A stretch of 64,000 bases of DNA, taken from assembly GCA_937132065.1 (NCBI GenBank), contig CAKZNT010000015.1, positions 2,094-66,093 of the forward strand, given 5' to 3'. This DNA is from an uncultured Loktanella sp. (GTDB lineage: Bacteria > Pseudomonadota > Alphaproteobacteria > Rhodobacterales > Rhodobacteraceae). Positions 30,046 through 38,363 of this stretch are shown piece by piece. The number at the start of each line of letters is the position of its first letter. The first letter of the stretch is position 1. The notes under the pieces are model-generated. The model had not been told where the DNA came from and searched no databases. It saw only the letters and a list, made by a program, of their open reading frames with translations. The translations under genes were made by a program, and so were the position numbers.

Positions 30046-30082
30046 TTCACCCCTCGTTAACCTCGTGGCTCTTAAGGTTAAC
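30046..30082 (+). promoter_or_regulatory. CtrA-like site(s) upstream of dprA
   Basis: TTCA-N7-TTAAC (1 mismatch) at 30046-30061, plus TTAAGGTTAAC at 30072-30082. Confidence 0.5.
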
Positions 30083-30104
30083 GGGCAGCAAGGCGGAGGA
30101 TAGG

Positions 30105-31241
30105 ATGCCTGTAAAATTAGCAGCTTCCACTCACCCCCCAAGCCGACCCACCACGGAAGACGAGGCGTTCACATGCCTTCGCCTGCTGCGCTCCAAACGT
30201 GTTGGCCCCGCGACCTATCGGCGGATGATCCGCGAACACGGAAGCGCCGCCGCCGCCCTTGATGCCCTGCCCGAGGTCGCTCGGGCCGCAGGCGTATCGG
30301 ATTATTCCATTTGCCCTGAAGCCGTTGTTATCGCAGAGTTAAAAGCGGGGCGCGCCAATAACGCGCGGCTGCTCTTGTCGGGGCAACCTGACTTTCCCGC
30401 TGACCTCGACGCCCTCAAGGATGCGCCTGCGATGCTATGGGCGATGGGTGATCTCGGGCTGCTAAACCGGCCCCTTGTTGCAATGGTTGGTGCGCGAAAC
30501 GCTTCCTCGCTTGGCACGCGCATGGCCAAATCCCTCGCCGCCGAACTGGGCGAGGCCGGGTTCGTGGTTGTCTCGGGGCTTGCGCGCGGCGTCGATACCG
30601 CCGCCCACCTCAGCGCGCTGAAAACAGGCACTATCGCGGTGCAGGCGGGTGGCGTTGATACGATCTACCCGCTTGAAAACAAAAAACTTTCCGAAGACAT
30701 CGCCCGCCAAGGCCTGCGCCTTTCGGAGATGGGAATGGGGCTTCAGCCACAGGCGCGCCACTTCCCTGCGCGCAATCGGATCATCTCGGGGCTGTCGCGC
30801 GCGGTGGTCATCGTTGAGGCCGCCGCAAAGTCGGGCAGCCTGATCACCGCACGCACCGCGCTTGACCAATCGCGCGAGGTGCTCGCCGTGCCGGGTCACC
30901 CGTTTGATGCGCGCTCTTACGGCTGTAACATGCTGCTGCGCGATGGGGCGACATTGGTGCGCAATGCCGCTGACGTCATCGAGGCGATTGGCCAGTTCAC
31001 CCCGCCAGTCGTGCCTGATGAACCCGTCATTCCCGCCCCCAAGCCAAAGCAGGACCTGCGCGCGGTGGCACAATTGCACAGTCAGATCCTCGACCGTCTT
31101 GGCCCCTCTCCCATCGCAGAAGACCAGCTGATCCGTGACCTCGGCATCGGCCCCCGCGAGGCCGCGCCCGCAATCGTCTCACTTGAACTTGATGGCAAAA
31201 TTTCGCGCCAGTTAGGTGGACTTCTGGCGCTGCGCACTTAG
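30105..31241 (+). CDS. dprA: DNA-processing protein DprA
   Basis: VGARNAS, VSGLARGVD, FPARNRIISG, VEAA.KSGSLITA; C-terminal wHTH. Confidence 0.95.
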   Translation: MPVKLAASTHPPSRPTTEDEAFTCLRLLRSKRVGPATYRRMIREHGSAAAALDALPEVARAAGVSDYSICPEAVVIAELKAGRANNARLLLSGQPDFPADLDALKDAPAMLWAMGDLGLLNRPLVAMVGARNASSLGTRMAKSLAAELGEAGFVVVSGLARGVDTAAHLSALKTGTIAVQAGGVDTIYPLENKKLSEDIARQGLRLSEMGMGLQPQARHFPARNRIISGLSRAVVIVEAAAKSGSLITARTALDQSREVLAVPGHPFDARSYGCNMLLRDGATLVRNAADVIEAIGQFTPPVVPDEPVIPAPKPKQDLRAVAQLHSQILDRLGPSPIAEDQLIRDLGIGPREAAPAIVSLELDGKISRQLGGLLALRT

Positions 31242-31370
31242 GTCACTTGCACGGGTGTGATGCAAAATTCTCGAACTTTCCCCTTTGACAATTCCTCGCA
31301 TTGACATTCCTTTAGCGGCAACCCCATGTTCCGCGATCATAGTCACCGTTTCGTTTTTTGAAGGATTCCC

Positions 31371-34064
31371 ATGCCAGTTGTCGTCGTCGAATCCCCCGCT
31401 AAGGCCAAGACAATTAACAAGTATTTGGGGAGCAACTACACAGTTCTCGCCTCTTATGGTCACGTCCGCGACCTCCCCCCCAAGGACGGCTCTGTGCTGC
31501 CCGATGAAGATTTCGACATGAAATGGGAGATCGCAAGCGACAGCAAAAAGCACATCAAGGCGATTGTTGACGCGCTCAAGAACGACAACGAACTGATCCT
31601 CGCGACCGACCCCGACCGCGAAGGCGAGGCGATTAGCTGGCACTTGACCGAGGCCTTGACCGCCAAAAAGGCGATCAAGAAAGACACCCCCGTCAGCCGC
31701 GTGGTGTTCAATGCGATCACCAAGACGGCCGTGCTCAACGCGATGGAAAACCCCCGTCAGGTCGACGTGCCGCTGGTCGATGCCTATCTTGCGCGCCGCG
31801 CATTAGATTATCTCGTCGGCTTTAATCTGTCGCCCGTGCTTTGGCGCAAATTGCCGGGCGCTAAATCGGCGGGCCGTGTGCAATCCGTGACGCTGCGGAT
31901 CATCGTCGAGCGCGAGATGGAGATCGAGTCGTTCCGCAATCAGGAATACTGGACCGTCAAAGCGCAGTTGAAAACCGATCGCGGCCAATCTTACGAGGCC
32001 CGCTTGACCACGCTGGCAGGCGAAAAGCTTGAGAAATTCAGCATCTCCAACGCCACGCAAGCAGAGCTTGCCGTGCAAGCCATCAACAGCCGCGACCTGA
32101 AGGTCATTGCCGTCGAGGCAAAACCAGGCACGCGCAACCCGTCCCCGCCCTTTATGACCTCAACCCTCCAGCAGGAGGCAAGTCGTAAATTCGGCTTTGG
32201 CGCGCGTCAAACAATGTCGGTCGCTCAGCGACTTTATGAGGCGGGTCTGATCACCTATATGCGGACCGACGGCATTGATATGGCCCCCGAGGCCGTGACC
32301 TCTGCCCGCGATGCGATCAAGGCGAAGTTCGGTGACAAATACCTGCCCGCCGAGGCGCGCGTCTATAAAAACAAGGCCAAGAACGCCCAAGAGGCCCACG
32401 AATGTGTGCGCCCGACCGATCTTATGGTTGGGGCTGACGAGGCCAATATCACTGACGCCGATCAACGCAAATTGTATGATCTGATCTACAAGCGCACGAT
32501 TGCAAGCCAGATGGCTGGCGCAAAGTTTGAACGCACGGCTGTTGATGTTGGCTCTGCTGACGGACAAGTCATGTTGCGCGCAAACGGTCAGGTGATGACC
32601 TTTGACGGCTTCATTGCGATCTATGAAGAAGGCAAGGACGACAGCACCGACGAGGACGACAAGCGCCTGCCCCAGATCACCCAAGGCGAGAAGGCCGAGA
32701 AAAGCAGCGTCGATCCAGAGCAGCACTTTACCCAGCCGCCCCCGCGCTACACCGAGGCCACATTGGTCAAGCGCATGGAAGAACTGGGCATTGGTCGCCC
32801 CTCCACATATGCCTCGATCGTGACAACCATCCAGGACCGCGGCTACGTCGAAAAAGACAAGAACCGCCTTATTCCACAGGATAAGGGCCGTTTGGTCACC
32901 GCGTTCCTGTCGAACTATTTCCGCAAGTATATCGGGTATGATTTCACCGCCGATCTGGAGAACCAGCTTGACGAGGTCAGCGCGGGCAACGCCGATTACA
33001 AGAAGGTGCTTGAACGGTTCTGGCGCGATTTCTCTGCCGCAATCGGTGAAACATCCGAATTGCGGATCACCGAGGTTTTGGAAAAGATCAACGAGGTCTT
33101 GGAGCCTCACCTGTTCCCGCCCCTTGAAGATGGTGGCGATCCACGGCTTTGCCCCAACTGTGGCAAGGGCCGCCTGTCGATGCGCACCGCCCGTTCGGGT
33201 GGCGCATTTATCGGCTGCTCGAGCTATCCAGAGTGCCGTTATACCCGCCCGTTTGGTCCGCCAAACCCCGAGGCAGAGGCGTCTGCGATCCCGCCCGAGG
33301 GCAAGTTGCTTGGCACGGATGACGGCGACGAAATCCGCGTTTTCAAGGGCCGCTTTGGTCCCTATGCCCAGCGCGGCGAAGTTACCGAAGAAAACAAAAA
33401 GCCACCACGCCAGTCGATTCCAAAGGATTGGGAGCCAGAAGAGCTTGAGCTTGAAAAGGCTGTCATGCTTTTGTCCCTCCCCCGCGAAATCGGCCCGCAT
33501 CCAGAGGATGGCATCACCGTTTGGGCCAATATTGGCCGCTATGGTCCATATCTTAAGCACGCGCCGTCCACCTCTGATCGGGGGGGCACAAACGCCAATC
33601 TTGAGGGCATCGACGATGTCTGGACCGTTGGCATGAACCACGCGGTGCAGCTTTTGGCCGAAAAAGTCGCGAGCCGTGGCCAACGTGGCAAGGCTGCCGT
33701 GCCAATCCACGAACTTGGCGAGCATCCCGAAGCGGGCGGCCCAGTAAACATCTACACAGGTAAATACGGCCCCTATGTGAAGTGGGAAAAGATCAATGCG
33801 ACGATCCCCGACACCATCGAGCCTGCGGACCTGACAATGGCGCAAGCTGTCGATCTGATCGACGAGCGCGCAGCCAAAGCCGGCAAAAAGAAGCCAGCGG
33901 CCAAAAAGAAGGCGGCCCCCAAGAAAAAGGCGGCTGCCAAAAAGCCGGCGGCAAAGAAAGCGCCTGCGAAAAAGCCGGCCGCCAAGAAAAAGCCCGCAGC
34001 CAAGAAAAAGCCCGCAGCCAAGAAAGCCCCTGCAAAAGATGACGAAGGTGATGTGATCGAATAG
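31371..34064 (+). CDS. topA: DNA topoisomerase I with Zn-ribbon and Lys/Ala-rich tail
   Basis: [39 protein letters not shown]. Confidence 0.98.
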   Translation: MPVVVVESPAKAKTINKYLGSNYTVLASYGHVRDLPPKDGSVLPDEDFDMKWEIASDSKKHIKAIVDALKNDNELILATDPDREGEAISWHLTEALTAKKAIKKDTPVSRVVFNAITKTAVLNAMENPRQVDVPLVDAYLARRALDYLVGFNLSPVLWRKLPGAKSAGRVQSVTLRIIVEREMEIESFRNQEYWTVKAQLKTDRGQSYEARLTTLAGEKLEKFSISNATQAELAVQAINSRDLKVIAVEAKPGTRNPSPPFMTSTLQQEASRKFGFGARQTMSVAQRLYEAGLITYMRTDGIDMAPEAVTSARDAIKAKFGDKYLPAEARVYKNKAKNAQEAHECVRPTDLMVGADEANITDADQRKLYDLIYKRTIASQMAGAKFERTAVDVGSADGQVMLRANGQVMTFDGFIAIYEEGKDDSTDEDDKRLPQITQGEKAEKSSVDPEQHFTQPPPRYTEATLVKRMEELGIGRPSTYASIVTTIQDRGYVEKDKNRLIPQDKGRLVTAFLSNYFRKYIGYDFTADLENQLDEVSAGNADYKKVLERFWRDFSAAIGETSELRITEVLEKINEVLEPHLFPPLEDGGDPRLCPNCGKGRLSMRTARSGGAFIGCSSYPECRYTRPFGPPNPEAEASAIPPEGKLLGTDDGDEIRVFKGRFGPYAQRGEVTEENKKPPRQSIPKDWEPEELELEKAVMLLSLPREIGPHPEDGITVWANIGRYGPYLKHAPSTSDRGGTNANLEGIDDVWTVGMNHAVQLLAEKVASRGQRGKAAVPIHELGEHPEAGGPVNIYTGKYGPYVKWEKINATIPDTIEPADLTMAQAVDLIDERAAKAGKKKPAAKKKAAPKKKAAAKKPAAKKAPAKKPAAKKKPAAKKKPAAKKAPAKDDEGDVIE
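33981..34025 (+). repeat. 18-bp in-frame tandem repeat (GCCAAGAAAAAGCCCGCA x2 plus a partial copy) in the topA tail
   Basis: Read directly; encodes AKKKPA units. Confidence 0.8.
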
Positions 34065-34181
34065 CGCGGCGGCCACAAACCGCCGCATTACAACATCCTA
34101 ACACGTTCGTGACTGCGCCATGATTGACCGCCCATAGGTTCAGCCATACTCAAATGGCTGAATTCTTTATGGAGGTGTAAT

Positions 34182-34730
34182 ATGACACATCACATTCTTA
34201 ACAGGCGCAAGGTGATCTTATCGGGTGCAGCCAGCCTTTTGGCCGCCCCTGCCATTGCCCAAACGCCTTCCGCGACAGCGACCCGCAACATCGCAAGTTT
34301 TGTGCAACAGGACTGGCGCGATCACTTTGACACTATGGGAGTCGCGACGATCGTGGCTGATACCGCATCGCGTGCCCTCCACTTCTGGAAGGGAGACATT
34401 TATCATGTTTACCCGACATCCGTGCCGATCAGTGAAGAGCTAACCAAACGCGGCTACACCGAGATTGTCCGCAAGCGTGTTGGGCCCGACTGGACCCCGA
34501 CTGCTTCGCAACGCGAACGGTTTGACTGGGAATACATCCCCCCTGGTCCCAATAATCCGCTTGGCACACATGCGATGTATCTGTCCTGGCCTGCCTACAT
34601 TATCCACGGCACGCACGACACCCGCAAGATTGGCCGACCGTCTTCGGATGGATGTATCGGCCTGTATAACGAGACAATCGCTAAATTGTTCGACATTACC
34701 CCTATCGGCACGCAGGTGCGGATCATCTAG
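34182..34730 (+). CDS. L,D-transpeptidase (YkuD) with Tat signal
   Basis: NRRKVILSGAA twin-Arg, IHGT...SSDGCIGL catalytic His/Cys. Confidence 0.9.
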   Translation: MTHHILNRRKVILSGAASLLAAPAIAQTPSATATRNIASFVQQDWRDHFDTMGVATIVADTASRALHFWKGDIYHVYPTSVPISEELTKRGYTEIVRKRVGPDWTPTASQRERFDWEYIPPGPNNPLGTHAMYLSWPAYIIHGTHDTRKIGRPSSDGCIGLYNETIAKLFDITPIGTQVRII

Positions 34731-34817
34731 ATCGCCCTTCGCTGCATTGCAGCAAATGCATTGACAATACCCGCGCCACATTTAAGGTTTGCGGGTATTG
34801 TTCTTGAAGGGTCCACC

Positions 34818-35531
34818 ATGAAGAAAATCTACCCCAACGCCGCCGCCGCCCTTGACGGGTTGTTGCATGACGGCATGTATATCGCCGCAGGGGGCTTTGG
34901 CCTTTGCGGTATTCCCGAGCTACTGCTTGGCGCGATCAAAGATGCGGGCACAAAAGATCTGACGTTTGCCTCTAACAATGCGGGCGTCGACGACTTTGGC
35001 ATCGGCATTTTGCTGCAAACCAAGCAGGTCAAGAAAATGATCTCGTCATATGTAGGTGAGAACGCCGAGTTCATGCGCCAGTATCTGTCTGGCGAGCTTG
35101 AGCTGGAATTCAACCCGCAAGGCACATTGGCCGAACGTATGCGCTCTGGCGGCTGCGGCATCCCCGGCTTTTACACCAAAACGGGTGTCGGCACGGTGAT
35201 CGCAGAAGGCAAAGAGCACAAGGATTTCCCGACAGGCGAGAACGGCGCGCCCGAGACTTACATCATGGAAGAAGGCATCTTTGCCGATCTCGCCATCGTT
35301 AAAGCATGGAAAGCGGACGAGACGGGCAACCTCGTGTTCCGCAAAACCGCGCGCAACTTTAACCCCCCTGCTGCGATGTGCGGCAAGACCTGCGTTGTCG
35401 AAGTCGAAGAGATCGTGCCAACAGGCAGCCTTGACCCCGACAGTATCCACCTGCCCGGCATCTATGTGCACCGCATCATTCAAGGTGATCACGAAAAGCG
35501 GATCGAGCAACGCACAGTGAGGAGCGCATAA
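34818..35531 (+). CDS. scoA: 3-oxoacid CoA-transferase subunit A
   Basis: [31 protein letters not shown]. Confidence 0.93.
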   Translation: MKKIYPNAAAALDGLLHDGMYIAAGGFGLCGIPELLLGAIKDAGTKDLTFASNNAGVDDFGIGILLQTKQVKKMISSYVGENAEFMRQYLSGELELEFNPQGTLAERMRSGGCGIPGFYTKTGVGTVIAEGKEHKDFPTGENGAPETYIMEEGIFADLAIVKAWKADETGNLVFRKTARNFNPPAAMCGKTCVVEVEEIVPTGSLDPDSIHLPGIYVHRIIQGDHEKRIEQRTVRSA

Positions 35532-35532
35532 C

Positions 35533-36156
35533 ATGTGGGATCGTAACCAAATGGCGGCACGCGCCGCACAAGAACTCCAAGACGGCACATATGTGAACCT
35601 TGGCATCGGTATTCCGACGCTGGTGTCCAACTACATTCCAGAGGGTGTAGAGGTCACGTTGCAGTCCGAGAACGGGATGCTTGGCATGGGCCCATTCCCG
35701 ACCGAGGACAAAATCGACGCCGACCTGATTAATGCAGGCAAGCAGACGATTACCGAGCTACCGCAGACCGCGTATTTTGACAGCTCCCAGTCGTTTGGCA
35801 TGATCCGTGGCGGCAAAATCGCGATGGCGATCTTGGGCGCAATGGAAGTGGCCGAAAACGGTGATCTGGCGAACTGGATGATTCCGGGCAAGCTGGTCAA
35901 GGGCATGGGCGGCGCGATGGACCTCGTGGCTGGCGTGCGCCGTGTGGTTGTTGTGATGGATCACACGTCCAAACATGGCGATAGCAAGCTGCTCAAGGCG
36001 TGCACCCTGCCGTTGACAGGTCAAAAGGTCGTGGATCGCATTATCACCAACCTTGGTGTGCTTGATGTGGTCGAGGGTGGCTTGAAGATCGTCGAGTGCG
36101 CTGATGGCGTCACCGAGGACGAGCTGCGCGCAGCAACCGAAGCGACTATCGTATAG
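35533..36156 (+). CDS. scoB: 3-oxoacid CoA-transferase subunit B
   Basis: [13 protein letters not shown] catalytic Glu, GMGGAMDL. Confidence 0.95.
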   Translation: MWDRNQMAARAAQELQDGTYVNLGIGIPTLVSNYIPEGVEVTLQSENGMLGMGPFPTEDKIDADLINAGKQTITELPQTAYFDSSQSFGMIRGGKIAMAILGAMEVAENGDLANWMIPGKLVKGMGGAMDLVAGVRRVVVVMDHTSKHGDSKLLKACTLPLTGQKVVDRIITNLGVLDVVEGGLKIVECADGVTEDELRAATEATIV

Positions 36157-36163
36157 ATAAGGT

Positions 36164-36188
36164 GGGCGCGGTTCGCTGCGCCCCCTAC
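36164..36188 (-). repeat. GTAG-hairpin between convergent scoB and SLT genes
   Basis: Minus strand GTAG-G-GGGCGC-AGCGAACC-GCGCCC. Confidence 0.45.
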
Positions 36189-36192
36189 TCCA

Positions 36193-37023
36193 CTACACGC
36201 CGTTATTATGGAACACGCAGCCGTCCGTCATCAACTCTGGTGGCGTTTGACATAGCCCCTTCGCAACCGTCCAAGCGGCAAGAACCTTGGGCACATAGGC
36301 GCGGGTTTCTGCGTAGGGTGGCACGCCTTCGTTCTTGCGCACGGCCCCCTCCCCCGCATTATATCCAGCCAGCGCCAGTATGGGGTCATTGTCGAAGTGG
36401 TTCATTAACCACGCCAGATACGCGACCCCGCCTTTGATATTGTCGCCCGCGTTCATGCTATCGGTCACGCCAAATCGCGCGGCAGTGGCGGGCATCAGTT
36501 GCATTAGCCCTTGCGCGCCTGCGCTGCTTGTCACGCTGGTCTGCCCCGCGCTCTCGACCGAGATCAGCGCAAGCACCAAGGCGGGCGACACATCCGTGCC
36601 AACCGTTGCGCGCAAAATATCCAGCCCATGCGCGGTCGCGATTGTCTGAAGCGTTTGAAGACGCGGCACGGGCACGGCCTTGCCTTCGGGCGGATTGGCC
36701 ATTTCGCGCAGCGCCTGCTCTAACCGCCCCGGTCCTGTGTCCGACAGCTTTGGCGACACTGCGAGCCAGAACCATTCCAGTCCTGTGATTTTCGGGGCCG
36801 CGTCAGGGACGGCTGCAACGGCGGTTCCCGCAGCGGCGGGCGCGGACGGGCCACGCGGCGCATTCGGGTCAATCTGCACGGTGATGCGGCGCGTTGTGCC
36901 ACTGGAGGGCACTGTCACGCGCTTAAAGCTGAAATCGCTTTGCAAGCGCGACGATTCCGCGAATCCTGATGACGCGACAACGGAAAAACACGCAATACAT
37001 GCGTAGAATGATGATCGAACCAT
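36193..37023 (-). CDS. Exported lytic transglycosylase (SLT domain)
   Basis: Signal peptide, ISVES catalytic Glu, GAQGLMQLMPATA, AGYNAG, ETRAYV. Confidence 0.92.
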   Translation of the reverse strand: MVRSSFYACIACFSVVASSGFAESSRLQSDFSFKRVTVPSSGTTRRITVQIDPNAPRGPSAPAAAGTAVAAVPDAAPKITGLEWFWLAVSPKLSDTGPGRLEQALREMANPPEGKAVPVPRLQTLQTIATAHGLDILRATVGTDVSPALVLALISVESAGQTSVTSSAGAQGLMQLMPATAARFGVTDSMNAGDNIKGGVAYLAWLMNHFDNDPILALAGYNAGEGAVRKNEGVPPYAETRAYVPKVLAAWTVAKGLCQTPPELMTDGCVFHNNGV

Positions 37024-37145
37024 GGGAACACTGCCTGAAACTGCTTTTTATTGACGCCAGCATCGCAGGAATCGGCTTTCAGAGCGATAGTTTTGATTAA
37101 AATGGTGTTCATTTGGGGCAGTTTGAACACAATTGCCTCCATTTC

Positions 37146-37219
37146 ATAATGTTCCGTTAAGCAGTTAACGAAATTTATATCACTGTAATTCAATGGGTTA
37201 ACAATAAATTTCCCGTTAA
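37146..37219. promoter_or_regulatory. CtrA-like sites in the SLT/flp divergent region
   Basis: ATAA-N7-TTAA at 37146-37160 and TAAA-N7-TTAA at 37205-37219, plus GTTAAC at 37164 and 37197. Confidence 0.5.
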
Positions 37220-37382
37220 TGTGCCCTTGTCCAAAATTGTGCGATTGGGGTCAAACTCCCGCCCTATTCAAAGTGCAAAACATGTTCAACCAAGACGGGG
37301 ATTGAGCCAAACAAGAGGCCGGTTCGAAACGATCCGACAAGGTTGAACTGAAAATCTAGCGATACCCTGAGGAGGGACTACA

Positions 37383-37562
37383 ATGCTTAACATGATCAAA
37401 AACTTCAAGAAATCCGAAGACGGCGCAGTAACAGTAGACTGGGTTGTTTTGACAGCCGCTATCGTTCTTTTGGGCGCAGCTGTTGGTTCTTCCATCAAGA
37501 CAGGCGCAACTGGCCTGGCAGCAGACGTTGGCGGCGACATGACCGCTCTTATCACTGAATAA
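37383..37562 (+). CDS. flp: Flp pilin 1, 59 aa (MLNMIKNFKKSEDG/AVTVDWVVLTAAIVLLG...ALITE)
   Basis: Manually translated (below the ORF-track cutoff); GAGGAGG SD; class IVb leader and hydrophobic helix. Confidence 0.9.
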   Translation: MLNMIKNFKKSEDGAVTVDWVVLTAAIVLLGAAVGSSIKTGATGLAADVGGDMTALITE

Positions 37563-37582
37563 TCCATTCGGATTTTGTGATT

Positions 37583-37614
37583 GGCCGCTGCGCTATGCTG
37601 CGCGGCGGCCCTTT
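37583..37614 (+). terminator. Hairpin/terminator after flp1
   Basis: GGCCGCTGCG...CGCGGCGGCC followed by CTTT. Confidence 0.6.
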
Positions 37615-37759
37615 CCGTTTAGCTTTGTGGGTAAAGTGACCTCAAAATGAGCACTCCCCCGCCACAACCCCGCCACAAGTTACTGGCAAACGTTGTAGCA
37701 GCGAAAATATCCGAAAAGAAAAATTCTTAATTCCAGATATATCCCGAGGAGGGACCACA

Positions 37760-37939
37760 ATGCTTAACCTGTTCAAAACTTTCAAGAATTCCGAAGACGG
37801 CGCAGTCACAGTTGACTGGGTTGTTCTGACAGCCGCTATCGTTCTTTTGGGCGCAGCTGTTGGCTCGTCCATCAAGACAGGCGCAACTGGCCTGGCAGCA
37901 GACGTTGGCGGCGACATGACCGCAATGATTACTGAATAA
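37760..37939 (+). CDS. flp: Flp pilin 2, 59 aa (MLNLFKTFKNSEDG/AVTVDW...AMITE)
   Basis: Manually translated; tandem paralogue of flp1 at +377 bp; same SD. Confidence 0.9.
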   Translation: MLNLFKTFKNSEDGAVTVDWVVLTAAIVLLGAAVGSSIKTGATGLAADVGGDMTAMITE

Positions 37940-37959
37940 TCCAACCGGATTATTTAATC

Positions 37960-37991
37960 GGCCGCTGCGCGTTATCGCGTGGCGGCCTTTT
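37960..37991 (+). terminator. Terminator after flp2
   Basis: GGCCGCTGCGC-gttatc-GCGTGGCGGCC-TTTT. Confidence 0.7.
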
Positions 37992-38112
37992 GCGTCGCAG
38001 CCGTGCCTTGGGAAATAACCTTGAATTGATCACCTGATCGCCACGAACGTGCCGCAATATCAAGCAACAGTAGGTTTAACGAGTAAGAACTGTAAACAAA
38101 GTGGAAACTGAA

Positions 38113-38292
38113 ATGTTGAACCGTATCAAAGATTTTTTCCGCCAGGACTGTGGCGCGATCTCTGTGGACTGGGTCGTTTTGACCGCAGGCATGGTCATTC
38201 TTGCAACCGCGGTCGGCGTGTCCGTCCGCGATGGCGCACTGGACGGGGGCGAAGACATTCAAGCCTACGTCGAGTCGCACATCACTGAATAA
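38113..38292 (+). CDS. flp: Flp pilin 3, 59 aa, divergent (MLNRIKDFFRQDCG/AISVDWVVLTAG...HITE)
   Basis: ATG 38113 in ORF 38101-38292; same leader length and VDWVVLTA core. Confidence 0.85.
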   Translation: MLNRIKDFFRQDCGAISVDWVVLTAGMVILATAVGVSVRDGALDGGEDIQAYVESHITE

Positions 38293-38363
38293 GTCGCACC
38301 CCCTTGCGACGATCACCCGTCAGAGCATCACGCTCTGCAAACGAAAGATAAAGAGGTACGACA

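Noticed and set aside
30105-34064. dprA proximity to the Tad locus as proof of a competence island
   Set aside because: dprA-topA adjacency is widespread and unrelated genes (LDT, scoAB) intervene. Kept only as a co-regulation hypothesis.
32160-34088. Long antisense ORFs (642 aa opposite topA, 513 aa opposite groEL, 516 aa opposite fhs, 405 aa opposite ftsH)
   Set aside because: Shadow frames of GC-rich, codon-biased genes; no motifs, and they mirror the sense gene.
37024-37041. GAAC-N7-GAAA next to the SLT start as an SOS box
   Set aside because: One mismatch and an awkward position; likely chance.
37286-37944. Minus-strand paralogous ORFs MDYSVI... (93 and 100 aa)
   Set aside because: Antisense shadows of the duplicated flp genes; the plus-strand frames have SDs, pilin motifs and terminators.
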